NCBI RefSeq assembly: GCF_009914755.1 | Contig: NC_060947.1 | Source: the human T2T-CHM13v2.0 reference genome, Homo sapiens | Length of the DNA stretch: 64,000 nt | Strand: one strand, 5' to 3' | Part shown: positions 48,502 through 61,014 of the stretch, piece after piece | How the letters are laid out: each line of letters opens with the position of its first letter | How positions within the stretch are numbered: the stretch's first letter is position 1 | The notes under the pieces: generated by a model | What the model saw: the letters and a program-made list of their open reading frames with translations, nothing else | Told to the model about the DNA's origin: nothing | The model's database searches: none | Made by a program: the position numbers and the translations under genes

Positions 48502-48895
48502 TTATTGGATGAACTGTGTCCCCTCCAAATTTATATGTTGAAGTCCCAACCCCCAGTAACTCAGAATGTGACCATATTTGAGATAGGGCCTTTAAAATTG
48601 TTATTAAGTTAAAATGAGACCATTAGATTAGGGCGTTAATCCAATATAAGTGGTGTCCTTATAAGAAGAGGTGGATATACCAGGGGCACGTTTGTACAGA
48701 AAGACAATCATAAGAAAAGGCAGCAAGAATGGCCATCTACAAGCCATCTACAAGAGAGGCCTCACAATGAAACCAACACTACTGACACCTTGATCTTGGA
48801 CTTCTAGTCTCCAGAACTGTAAGCAAATTAATTTCTGTTGTTTAAGCCACACAGTCTGTGGTATTTTGTTATGGGAGCCCTAGCAAATGAATACA
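48502..48895 (+). mobile_element. MLT1A/B-type MaLR solo LTR
   Basis: Characteristic ends 'gaactgtgtcccctccaaatttatatgttgaagtcc' and 'agccctagcaaatgaataca'. Confidence 0.85.
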
Positions 48896-49756
48896 GCTAA
48901 TGATGTTGAACATCTTTTCACATGCTTATTCACTATGGATATATCCTCTCTGGAAAAATATTTGTTCATGTCTTTGGCCAATTTTCTAATTGAATTGTTT
49001 TGGGTTCTTTATTGTTGAGTTTTAAAAGTTCTTTTTCTATTCTAGATGTGAGTCCTTTGTCAGTTATATGGTTTGCAAATATTTTCTCCTAGTCTCTAGC
49101 TTGTCTTTCTGTCTAATTCACAGGACATTTCACAGAGCACAGGTTTTTAATTTTAATGAGGTCTAATTTATCAATTTTTCTTATATAGTATCATGATATT
49201 GGTATCAAGTCTAGAAATCTTTGCCTAATTGTAGATACCACAGATTTTCTGCTATAGCTTTCTCTAAAAGTTTCATAATTTCACATTTTACATTTGTTTA
49301 TAATCCATTTTGAGTTAATTTTTGTATAAGATGTGAGGTTTAGATCAAGGTTCATCTTTTATTTTTGTCTCTGCCTGTCTGATTGTTCCAGCACCATTTT
49401 TTGAAATGGCTGCTTTTAGATCTTTGATAAAAATCAATTTTGCATATGTGTGTGAGGATATTCACCTTAATTTTACAAAGATATTTTTACTGGATATCAA
49501 GTTCTAGATTACTCTTTTGCTTTTATTTTTTTAATTTTCCAGCACTTTGATAAGCTCATTCTTTTGTCTTTGGCTTTTATTGGTTCTCTAAGGTGTCAGT
49601 TTTATTGTTGCACTTTTGAAGTTAATATGTCTTCTTTTTTTCCTCCAACTGTCTTAACCATTAACTTTAAAGTCTAAAAACAATGAAAGCCCTTTAAGGA
49701 ACATTTAGAAAAAAAGAGGAAATAAAGTAAAATCACATCTAATGTCATCAGCCTAG

Positions 49757-50142
<386 letters not shown>

Positions 50143-50728
50143 TAATCCTACTGCCTTCTATTTGGTTAAAGTTGTGGAGTCTCCAGCTGCATGCAATTTT
50201 ATTGGACTCATAAAAATAGATATAAGGAAGCACTGCAAACATCTACATTTATGATTCTTACCTTCTATTCAGATAGGAAGAGCAAAATTTTCATTTCTAC
50301 TAACTCCTCATGAGCCTATGTATGGTTTTCCATATATCTAATAGGGGAAGAGTCCACAAAAAGTGTATAATATTTACATAAAAACTAGTATCTTCACCCT
50401 TCCTTTTCTTAAAAGTAAAAAGAAACTCTCCTACCTTTGATCATTTTATTTGTATTCCCATGACTCTATCTTCATTTTACTTTTTATGTTTCAGCAAACA
50501 TTTTGGTCAGTTGGAATTTTGCCTACCATTTTTGGTGGTGTTCTTGTGCCTGGAATTATTCTCTTATGGATTATTTGTAAGTTTTTCCACTATTTTAGAG
50601 AAAAAAAAACTGAAAATTTCCCTCTACCTTTTTGGAGTTTAAATAGTATGAATCCTTAAAGTTGTTTGTAGGAAAAAAAAAGTCAATTTTACTAACATGC
50701 TGAGTGCCTTCAGAGTGAAATAATATGT

Positions 50729-51018
50729 AGCCGGGTGCAGTGGCTCACGCCTGTAATCCCAGCGTTTTGGGAGGCTGAGGCAGGCAGATCACTTGAGGTC
50801 AGGAGTTCAAGACCAGCCTGGCCAACATGAAACCCCGTCTCTACTAAAAATACAAAAATTAGCTGGGCATGCTGGCGCTCGCCTGGACATTTTCTGGAGT
50901 TATATAAAACATAAGAATTGCTTGCCCCCTTGAGATGGAGGTTGCAGTGAGTCGAGATCGCGCCACTGCACTCCAGCCTGGGCAACAGAGTGAGACTGTC
51001 TCAAAAAAAGAAAAAAAA
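50729..51018 (+). mobile_element. AluSx-like element with a non-Alu patch in the right arm
   Basis: TSD GA(G/A)TGAAATAATATGT; foreign segment at 50886-50913. Confidence 0.92.
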
Positions 51019-53631
51019 GAATGAAATAATATGTTCGTGTTACTCAAATGCACAAGCAGCCTAGCCTCGGAGAAATAATGTGAACTTCAGATTTTGTAAG
51101 CTATTGCCAATGGCAACCACCAAATGTCACCACTCTCAGTAATTCAGGCAAAGTTACTGCTCCCACATTTACAGTTTCACATACAGGGCCTCTTGGAAAA
51201 CTGCCCCAAGTTGATTAGGAAATGGGGTATCCAGGAAAGGTGGGCAGACAAAAACTATTTCTACTACCTTTTTAAGTGAAGCCATGAGGTTTAGCTTCTC
51301 TAGCAATTTGCATGAATGACTTCTATGAAGATCGCCAAGGGTTTCTCCCAGAAATTTATAGCGCTTGTGTCTGCATTTTGAAAGGCAGACTATTATCCTG
51401 AAGTTCTTTTCACAGTGCTTATAAAATACAACTTTATGTAACATTTTACAGTTTTCTGAGTGGTTTAATCATATAACTATATACTGGAACCTCATTCCCA
51501 AAAACCTGCGAGGTTGATAGGCTAAAGGTTGTCCCCATTTTAGAGATGAGAAAATTAAATCACTTGTCCAACGTATTAGAGGACTGAACAAGTAATAAAT
51601 GACAGAACTAAACAAGTACCTGAGTCAGTCTCCTGATGCTTGGTGCCCTTTCCTTCCCAGCGCACTGCCCCCATCTCAGAAGATATTAAATATCCACTCA
51701 AAAAAATCTGCTAAGTTTACAAAGAATGGCTTTTTATTTCAGGGCTTTCTTACACGTGGAAATTGTCAACAGTTTTCCAAGAACGTTTTGGTACTCAAGT
51801 TTCTATGGTTGTGTTTGAGCAGGGGGAAATTTGACTGTTAGTCCAAGGCAAAGCTCCTACTCCCAGGCTAACGATTTCATTACATGGGCAGGTCACGTCT
51901 CGGTATCCGTGCAAGAGTTACACACTACTGAAAGCTCAATATAAAATTTGATTTTCAATTGGATGTACTCCCAAAATCCTCGAGAAATCAGTGGAAGGTG
52001 AGGAAATTGAACACGTGCATCCTTTCTGCCCAGTGTAGACATAGGCTGGGACAAGACTTTGACCTTGGGCAAACCTTCCTAGATGTTGTGGGTTCAAGTT
52101 GGAGTTTTTATTCCTGAATTCCTGAATCTTACCCTTCTCCTCAACCCTTCCCACCAAGAAAATTATATGTATAATGAGCAATAGTAGAATAGTAAGCAAA
52201 GTATTTATTAATAAACGCTTGATCTGAGAATTCAGCATAGGCTTGGTAACCTTGTTCTCCTCTTTCTGTTGCAGGTTCTTTGGTTTAAAAAAATTGATTG
52301 GAAAGTGCAGCTTAAGCTACTCCCTTCACTCTGAATCTGAGAAGCTAAAGTCTTCAGAACAAATTTGGCCTGACCCAATCATCCAGCAGCAAGTGGAACC
52401 GGCTATCTAGTCACAGATGTGTATGATTCTTTTCACTGTAATGACCTGAGTCACTGGTGAGCTGTGGCCCAATGATTGGCCTCAGACCAATGAGATTGGA
52501 AACTCCCATGCAGGAAGAGCAAAGGTGCCCGAAATTGCAGGTGAAAGTATTTTCTATCACCACGGACCAAGGCTGAAGCACGGAGAGAGGGTTAAAAATG
52601 TTTTGCTTCCCTAATATTAGAGAGGGAGTACACTTGCTGTTCCACATATGTCTATTGGGGAGAGATTGATTTCAATGTTGGCTCCCGCTCTCGAGTTGCC
52701 ATGGTGATGAGCAAGTAAAAAACAAGTGATAGCAGAAAGAAAAATTCAGTGCCACCCAGAGATCCAACACTCCAGAAGGAAGTAACAAGCTTCCCCTCTG
52801 AGCAGAACCAAGCTTGCCAGTGTCACATGGGGGCTAGGGAGAGGGTGTTTGGGCTCTATGATTTGTTATCTCAGCAGTGCTCATTTTGTCACCAGTGTGT
52901 TAGAATGAGAAAACACGGCCACTGCTACTGACAGCCAAGCCTGCATCCTCTGCCCCCAAAGTAATATCAAATGACACTGAGAGCTTTGAGTTATTATCGT
53001 ACTGCTTCTCTCAGTGCCTACAAACAGATGCTGCCATCAGGACCCATGCTGCTGACATGCATCAACACCTCCCAATTTTTGTGCTGACTAGGGACAAGGC
53101 TGCCCTTCTGAGACACTGATGGTTATGTCCAACACAAAAAGAGTGGCTAAGTCAAGCTGGCTGTGAGTACAGGACAGCAGCTAATTCTTTAGCAGTGCAT
53201 GCAGCTTGGCTGAAAAGATAATGTTCACCTCTCTGCAAACCCATCATCTAACATTTAATTGTATTCTTTGCATGTTTCGGAGATGTAGCTGTCTTGGGTC
53301 ACCAGTCCTGGCAACATGGCACCACTTCTTATAGGTAAAGAATCATAGTTTGATAGTTTCCTGGAGATACAACCTTGGCCTCAGTAGAAGCAGGAGATTG
53401 GTGTCAAAGTGTAGTGGTGTGGCCTTCAAAAGTAAGTTCTGTCCTGGATTACAAGTGCTTCATATTTAGTCAGAGCTTAAGGCCCTGGACGATTGCAAGG
53501 GTTGGTAGAAAGCACTGGACTCAACATCGAGATTCTGGAGGTTAGTTCTGACTCCTGCACTGACTTGCTATGCAACCTTGAGCAAGTCATTTCCCATGTC
53601 ATCATCTTCAATATCCTCATTTAAAAATGTT

Positions 53632-53929
53632 ACCGGGTACAGTGGCTCATGCCTGTAATCCAATTTGGAAGGCTGAAGTAGAAGGATTGCTTGAGCCCAG
53701 GAGTTCAAGACCAGCTTGGACAACAAAATGAGACCACTGTCTCTATTTAAAAAAAAAAAAAAACAGCAGAGCATGATGGCACACGCCTGCAGTCCTAGTT
53801 ACTCAGGAGGCTGAGGTGGAAGTATTGTTTGAACCCACGAGTTTGAGGCTGCAGTGAGCTATGATTGAGCCACTACTCTCCAGCCTGGGTGACAGTGAGG
53901 CCCCGTATCTAAAACAAAATGAAAAAAAA
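53632..53929 (+). mobile_element. AluJ-like element inserted in a MIR
   Basis: Diverged dimer; MIR-like text on both sides (~53520-53630 and 53930-54010). Confidence 0.88.
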
Positions 53930-54190
53930 TGAGAGTACTGGGAGTATTAAGAGATTCAAATGAGATCACGGAGGTAAAGTTGCTTTGAAACACAGAAAGA
54001 GCGTAGCACCTGTGTAAAGCAAGCTTATTAACATTCCCAGAATATTGAAGGACAAAGATGTGCAGTCCAAGATTCTTGAAAGTGTGCATGGAGAAAAGCA
54101 AGTATCTTAGCCCATGTCTTTCCCATAAGCTTCAGGGGAGTGTGTTGACAGTAATTGGGGCACCAGGGTTTAGTAGAGCTAGATAGACAG

Positions 54191-54567
54191 TGTATTAGTC
54201 TGTTCTCATGCTGCTAATAGAGACATACCCAAGACTGGGTAATTTATAGGAAAGAGGTTTAATTGACTCACAGTTCCCCAGGGATGGGGAGGCCTCAGGA
54301 AACTTAGGATCATGATGGAAGGAGAAGCAAACAAGTCTTTGTTCACATGGCAGCAGCAAGGATAACTGCCAAGCAAATTGGGGAAAAGCCCCTAATAAAA
54401 CCATTAGCTCTTCTGAGAACTCACTATCATGAGAACAGCAGCATGAGGTAACCGCCCCCATGATTCAGTTACCTCCCACCAGGTCCCTCCCGATGACATG
54501 TGGGGATTATGGGAACCACAATTCAACTTGAGATTGGGGGCAGGGGGGACACAGCCAAACCATATCA
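54191..54567 (-). mobile_element. THE1 MaLR solo LTR
   Basis: Complete termini 'tgtattagtctgttctc' and 'gacacagccaaaccatatca'. 5-bp flanks GACAG/GATGG. Confidence 0.92.
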
Positions 54568-54729
54568 GATGGGAAAGGCAAGGGAAGTCAAAGTGGTGAC
54601 GACTATTATGATAGCATGTGTCAAAAAAGAACAATTATTAGATGTGTATACATTCATATATACACCTATGCACAATGTATAGTAGTGTGTGTACATGTAT
54701 ATATAAATATATGTGCATGTCTCTATCAC

Positions 54730-54950
54730 ATCTGTAATGTGCCAAGTACTCTGCCAGCCCCTTACATATGCTGTCTCATTTAATTCTTACATTAACCCTG
54801 TTAAAATGGTATTATTATCATTCCTATTTTATACATGAAGAAACTAAGGCTTAGAGACATTTTCTCATGGTCACTTAGCTAACAAGGAGTCGAGCCAGTA
54901 TTTGAACCCAGGTTTGGTTTAAATCCAGAGTCTGTCCCTATAACCACCAG
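54730..54950. mobile_element. MIR
   Basis: Core 'attttatacatgaagaaactaaggcttagaga...tttgaacccagg'. Confidence 0.75.
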
Positions 54951-55944
54951 GTACAAAACAGTGCTGGCCATAGAATCCTCTGGATGGATGAGCCCTGCTC
55001 ATCCTGGGCTTTGTGCTGTAGGTTTAGAGCTCAGCCACTAGAGGGGGCTGCCTGTCTTGCTGTTAGCGAAAACGAATTGAATCGCTAGGGACTTGGAGGC
55101 CGCTGTTCTCTCCCTTGGATGGAAGACTTCTAGAAAAACCCAGAGCCTGACTCCAGCTGGTTCCTGGTCTCTCCCTCAACCTCTTTTAATTCACACTTGG
55201 TCCCAGGCCTCAAGGTGTCCCCAGTGATGGGGATAGCAATGCCTTTTTGTGACAGTTTACACACTTCTTTCCCCGTAGGCTGCAGGAGGCCAGGGTGAGC
55301 TGCCTGCCCTAAGGGACTTTCAGGGCTTCTCTGGGGGAATAAGGAGGAGGGAAGGAGGAGCCTAGTAGTTAAGAGCCAGGACTCTGTAGTCGCACTGTCC
55401 TGTTCTACCCCAGCTTCCCACTCATTGCCTGTGCTACTAACAGGTCACTTCACTTCTCTGAGTCCCAGTTTCTTATCTGTAAACATTAGGATGCCCCACC
55501 ACCACCACCACCCAGTTCAGGATAAAGTGTGTGTGGTGCCAAGCACAGTGCCTGGGATAGAACGGGAGAGCTCAGCAATTGGTAGTTCCTCCCACTTTTC
55601 AGCCAGAGTGAGACATGCCCAGCCAGGGCCCATTCCACTCTGAGGCAGCACAGCACCGAGGGGCAGGAACAGAATTCCCTCATCCCCCTCTCACCCCTGG
55701 TAGCCCTGTGCCCACAGCCCAGGTGCTGTGAGAGCCTGCCACTGCCGGGCAGGAGGTCCCCAAACATTCCTCCCTCAGTGACACCTTTCAGAGGCCCTCA
55801 GTGTTTCCTGGCCCCTGGCCCAGAGTTCTTCATATCCTCTGACTCACTTCCCTGCAGCCAGAACTTAAATCTTTTCTCCCTTGCCCTCCCACAGATTTAA
55901 TCCTTCAGCAAACCCTGTTGATTCCACCTCCTGAAAGCACAGGG

Positions 55945-56330
55945 CTCTGGTGTCAGGCAGCCCTGAACTCTAGTTCTGCCACTTACCATTAATGTAACCT
56001 GGAGCAATTGCTGTCATCTCTCAAATCTTGGATCGGTCATTTATTAATTACGTGACCTTAAGATTCCTTAACCTCTCTGAACCTCAGTTTCCTCATCCAT
56101 AAAACAAGGAAAATAATAGTGCTTGAGTTTTAGGGTTGCCATAAGGATTCAATGAGGTAAAATGTGTAAAAAGCCTGACGCTTAGAAGGTGCCACAATTT
56201 ACCAACTGTGTGATTTGGGGCAAGTTTTAAAAACCACTCTAAGCCTCAGTTTTCCCAACTGTACCTATCCTTCAAAGTTGTTGTATTAAAGGAGTTAATC
56301 CATGTAAGGTTCATAACAAGAATTCCAGAA
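55945..56330. mobile_element. Tandem MIR fragments
   Basis: 'aacctctctgaacctcagtttcctcatccataaaa' and a second 'ctctaagcctcagttttccc'. Confidence 0.75.
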
Positions 56331-57184
56331 TTATCAGCTGTTCTAACTCTTATCCTCCTAGGTATCCTATTGTCTAGTCTTCTCTGGACAGGGAAAGCCC
56401 CACTCCCACACCTGTGGGTGTCACCACCTCCTACTCCCCCGCCCCCCTGCCACCCCGCACTGTGACTTTATGGCTCTCTAGTGGACAGACAGTTCATCTC
56501 CTCTCTTCTCCAGTCTCCTGTTGTAAACTGGTGACCTGACTTCACTGTTTTACTTGTCATGGCCTGGTGTTGGTTCCTGTATTTTTTACTTAATCACTGC
56601 TGACAAGGCTTGTAGCATCTTCCATGCAGGCACACAAACCCAGGCACAGAAACCCAGCTAACTCTTAGTTTTCTCATTAATAAGTGGGGATAATAATAAG
56701 ACCTATCTCTAGGACTGTTGTGATTACAAGTACCACACAAGATGATGGGTGTAACGTCAGTAGCAAGTGCTGTGGCACCCGCTGTCAGAGCAGTCATTCC
56801 TTGTTGGCTTTCTGTATCTGGGTTTCTGTGTTTCCATGGAGGTTGTCACGAGCCTTGCCAGCCAGGGGATAAACCAAAAACACAGGAACCAACACCATGT
56901 TCCTGATAGGCCAAAACAGTGGATTCAGGTCTGCTAACAACCTTATTTGGGATGGGGATTGGCCACCATTTGGCAAAAGGGAAGTGGGGAGGAAAGGAGA
57001 CAATGTATCTACCCACTAGATGGGTCACACAGGCACAGTTTTGAGGAGGGGGTGAGAGGTGAGGGTTTGTAACACCCACTGGGTAGGCAGAGGGCTTTCC
57101 GTGCTGAGGCAAAGGAGAATAGGCGACTATTTTAATGAGCATGTGCTGTGTGGGGAAGAGGTGTGACACAATAAAGAACTACAG

Positions 57185-57410
57185 TCAGGAGTTCAAGACC
57201 TGCCTGGCCAACATAATGAAACCCCATCTCTACTAAAAATACAAAAATTAACTGGGCGTCGTGGTGCACACCTGTAATTCCAGCTGTTCGGGAGGCTAAG
57301 GCAGGAGAATTGCTTGAGCCTGGGAGGCGGAGGTTGCAGTGAGCCAAGTGCCACTGCACTCCAGTCTGGGCAACAGAGTGAGACCCTGTCTCAAAAAACA
57401 AACAAACAAA
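57185..57410 (+). mobile_element. 5'-truncated AluS
   Basis: Begins at 'gtcaggagttcaagacc'. TSD AAA(G/A)AACTA(C/T)AG. Confidence 0.9.
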
Positions 57411-58383
57411 AAACTATAGAGGTTGTAGTGAAAGGGTTAAGAGCAGAGAGCTGACCTTGACACTTGAGGGGAGTGGGCCTATGATTTGAGCCAGCATGCA
57501 GCAGAAAAGGCATTTGAACCCATGTTCATCTGCTTCCAAAGCCCATGCTCCTAATCATTACAACGTTAAGGGCTGGCACATAGTAAGTGCTCAATAAGTA
57601 TTATTTAATGAAGGCATTCATAGTGCTGCCTCTTTCTGAAAAGTTTTCTCCCTCCATTACTACTCATGCCCATCCTTCAAAGCCCAGCTCAAATGCAGCC
57701 TCACCCCAACAGATGTGTTCTCTCACTGCTGCAACAAGGTGGGAGAAACAGGAGGAAATCAGTGCTAGGATGGGGAAGTGCTGGGACACTAGGATGGGCC
57801 AGCCAAATGGAGCTGGAGGAAGGACTCTTGAGTTTTGCACAGAGATTTTTCTCCTGAGTTTGTGCACTGGAGTTGAAGTTGGCACAAGGATTGGAAACGC
57901 CCATAACAAAGTAACTCATACTGAGCTCTGATTAGTCAGAACAGTGAATTCCAATGACTTAGCAACCACGTATGGGGAAGAGGACTGGAAGCCATTTCAG
58001 GACAGGGGACGGAGAGGACAGCGAGACAAAATGTCTGCCCAGTAAACAACAGCAAGTGTGCAGTAAGGAGGGCGGGGTTGGAAAATGAGAAGAGCCCATT
58101 CTGAGTTACGAATTACTGCTCCAAGGGTTTTAGGATCTTTAAATCCCTGAGGATTTAGGGATTTGTAATACTATGCTATATAATACCTTAAAACCAAGGA
58201 TATTGGGATTCCAAGGATTTTAAATCCCTATAACCTATGGTATAAGGATTCGAGCAATTTTTGAGCTGTGAAATGCTGGGTGCTTAGGACCCAAAACAAG
58301 GATTTTAAACAGAACACTGGACATTTTGAAGTACTAATTAATCTCCCTTCTACTTCAAATCAATCCTGGTTTAACCCTTGGAA

Positions 58384-58627
58384 CAGTGGTTTCCAAATTG
58401 TGTTTTCCACAGTCTAGGGATCCTTGAAAGTGCCTCCCAGAAAGGGGTGGAGACAGCTACTTTACCGGAGAGAAGACACCAGCATAAGAATTCTGGCCCC
58501 CCCCCCCCCATTATGGCTTCCACCAGGATAGCTCCATTTTTATTTGATTTATATATTGGGCTTCTGCATTCAATTCAAAAGAAAGGTTTTCCTGCTAAAG
58601 CACAAAAAATACGTTTACAAACCTCTG
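58384..58627. mobile_element. Possible hAT/Charlie-type MITE remnant
   Basis: Imperfect terminal inverted repeats CAGTGGTTTCCAAA ... TTTACAAACCTCTG. Confidence 0.45.
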
Positions 58628-58959
58628 GCCTTGGAAAAAGGGAGCTAAAACCTGTGGGTTACCATTTGAATGTAGACAGTGGTCCAGGGAGCCACACTTC
58701 GCCTCTATTGTTGTTTTGTTTTTTTTTTGGGGGGGGGCGGTTTCTTTCTTTCTTTTTTTTTTTTCATTTTGGAATAAACACTGAAAAGATGCTTTTACCG
58801 GTAAACCATCAAATGGTGCCAGGAAGATCAAGTGGTGATAACTGACAAATCAGTTATTAGTTGAGTAAATCGTCATTAGCTGACTCTGGCCTATAAGATC
58901 ATTTCCTTTATAAAATCAGCAATAGCAGCTACTAAGACTACTATTATTATGACTACTAC

Positions 58960-59130
58960 CATTTATTGAGGGTTTGTACTATGTGCCAGGGGGCATGCTA
59001 AGTACTTTACATATATCATTTAATCCTCACAATAACTCTGAAAGGAAGTATTATTAGCCCCATTTTACAGACGAGGAGACTGAGACTCAGAGTGGATAAG
59101 TAACTGGCCCAAGGTCATACTGCTAGCACA
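58960..59130. mobile_element. MIR
   Basis: Well-preserved core 'cccattttacagacgaggagactgagactcagag..ggcccaaggtcatac'. Confidence 0.85.
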
Positions 59131-60600
59131 TGGTAGATTCCACTTTACTTACAAACAGAAACAGAATGGACTAAAAGAATTAATGCAGTCAAAGGTCAAC
59201 TGCCTGGAAGCCTTAATTAAAGAACAAGGTTAAATTTTGACCAATAGATGGCACCAGTGTGTGAGTTTGGTGGCTTACTCAAGGTTGTGTCCAATGCAGG
59301 GAAGTCCCAGCTAGGGCTTAGAACTGAAGCAGCCTGTCTCATGCTGAGGGAGAAGGAAAAGAAAGATGGTCATCGTTTTGCTCCTGAATGAAATGACATT
59401 ACCCTTTTCCCTTTGTAGCTAAACCAGGAAGCCAGCAAGTTGGGGGAACAATGGTGGTTCCACCAAGAGCTACTTTCAGAAGATTTGAGAATCTTTTCTC
59501 TTTCAACATTTCCTGAGCACCTCCTTTGTGCCAGGCAGTGTTCTGTGCAATGAAGTCATATGGGAATATCAAATACAGCCCCAGGTTACTGTATAGGAAA
59601 GGAGGCAAATGCTATGGTAGGGGAGGCTCTGAATGAGTGGGGGCACCCAACCTGGTGCCTGGGATGTCTGGGGAGGCTTCCTACAGCAGGGGTGTCTGAG
59701 CTGGTTCTGTTAGATGAATGAGAGTTTCCTAGGCATGCGAAAGTGGAAAGGCATTCCAGACAGGGTTAAGGACACACACAGAGGTGTTAGAAAGCATGCC
59801 ACATTCAAAGAGAGGCAGTGTAAACTTCAAGAGTTGAGAGATGAGTCTCAAGAGACAGGCAAAACCCAGACAACTGAAAGGCCTAGAATATCAAGTTAAG
59901 TACTTGATTTGTGAAGATATAGCACTGTGTGTGTGTGTGTGTGCGTGTGGTGTGAACAAATGTATTTTTCTGAGTAGAGAAGCCACAGGTTCTCAAGGGG
60001 ATCTGTGACCAAAAAAAAAAAAAAAAAAAAAGATAAGCCCAAAAGTGTTGGCAAAGTCATGATGTGGTCTAATCTGGTTGTCAGTGTGGAAGATGAATCA
60101 CAAAGGGACAGCTGGAGGCCAAAAAAAAAAAAAATTTAGTCGAAGAGTAATTGGAGCAAGGGTAAGCATGAGGGTCTGAGCTGTGGTAAATATAAAGGGA
60201 ATTGAGGAAAAAAATTGCTAGGTCCTAGTAGCCCTCCTCCCCACATGCACACAGCCATCTCTGAGGCTCAAATGAGGCTGCACCTGTCACATTTCCCCTC
60301 TAACCTGCATCCCTACTCCCAACTTACAAGCTGCCCTTTGGGACCTTTTTGTTCCCTTTCCAAGCCATCCTTGCAGTTTAATCAAGTCTGATTTCACAAA
60401 TTGATGGAGAGGGCCTGGCCCCATGCTGGGTCTCCAGCCCTACAACCCCATGAAGAAAAACTTGTCAACTGACCTCAGGTAGGAAAAGCAATGAATTGGC
60501 CTTGAGCTGGTCTCTGAACCTCTGCCCATGGCTTCACAATATGGGCAGAGTTCAGTTAAGAAATCAGCACAGTTCCAAGAAAAAGGAAAACACCATCCAG

Positions 60601-60606
60601 TTTATT
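60601..60606 (-). terminator. RIPPLY1 polyadenylation signal (AATAAA on - strand)
   Basis: tttatt on the + strand, ~650 nt downstream of the RIPPLY1 stop. Confidence 0.65.
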
Positions 60607-60679
60607 TTTCTCCTGATTCATCTCATGCCAACACACAGACTTCAATGGACAGCAGGCAAAATGGGGAGGCATCCCCAGA

Positions 60680-61014
60680 GCAAGCCGATTCTCTACACAC
60701 TGCCTTCCCTTCCTGTAAGACTCATCAAAAAGGCACCCCAACCTTGCATGGATCTGCTGTTGGTATTCCTTGGGGTGAAGCCAGAAGTCAGGCTTTCCAC
60801 AGAGAGACGGGACTACATGGCCACCTGGGAAGGCTAGGGAGTCAAAGGGCCTGAGGAATGACTACTTCCCTCCACAAGGGCATTCCCTGCCCTGCTCTGC
60901 TTCCTGGGGGCTTCAGCAAGCCTTCCTTCTAGAGCTCCTAGAACCCTCCCATGGTCAACACAACAGCAGCCCAGACAATGAGATGCAAGAGGCCTGAGCT
61001 CACAGGCCATTCAG
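60680..61014 (+). other. CLDN2: Probable upstream non-coding first exon of CLDN2, antisense within the RIPPLY1 3' UTR
   Basis: A strong + strand donor CAG|gtaagc follows 61014. The CLDN2 identity rests on my recollection that a CLDN2 transcript variant starts over RIPPLY1. The start coordinate is an estimate. Confidence 0.45.

Larger units (their letters stand above)
45700..49440 (-). mobile_element. Stack of several old L1MB/MC/ME 3' fragments
   Basis: The same L1M 3' UTR motifs recur several times (aatcaagatataga.atttccatca at ~46367 and ~47187; similar at ~47840). Confidence 0.75.

Noticed and set aside
58378-58845. 155-aa + strand ORF
   Set aside because: TTG start; it runs through a probable MITE and homopolymer tracts, with no recognisable domain or splice context.
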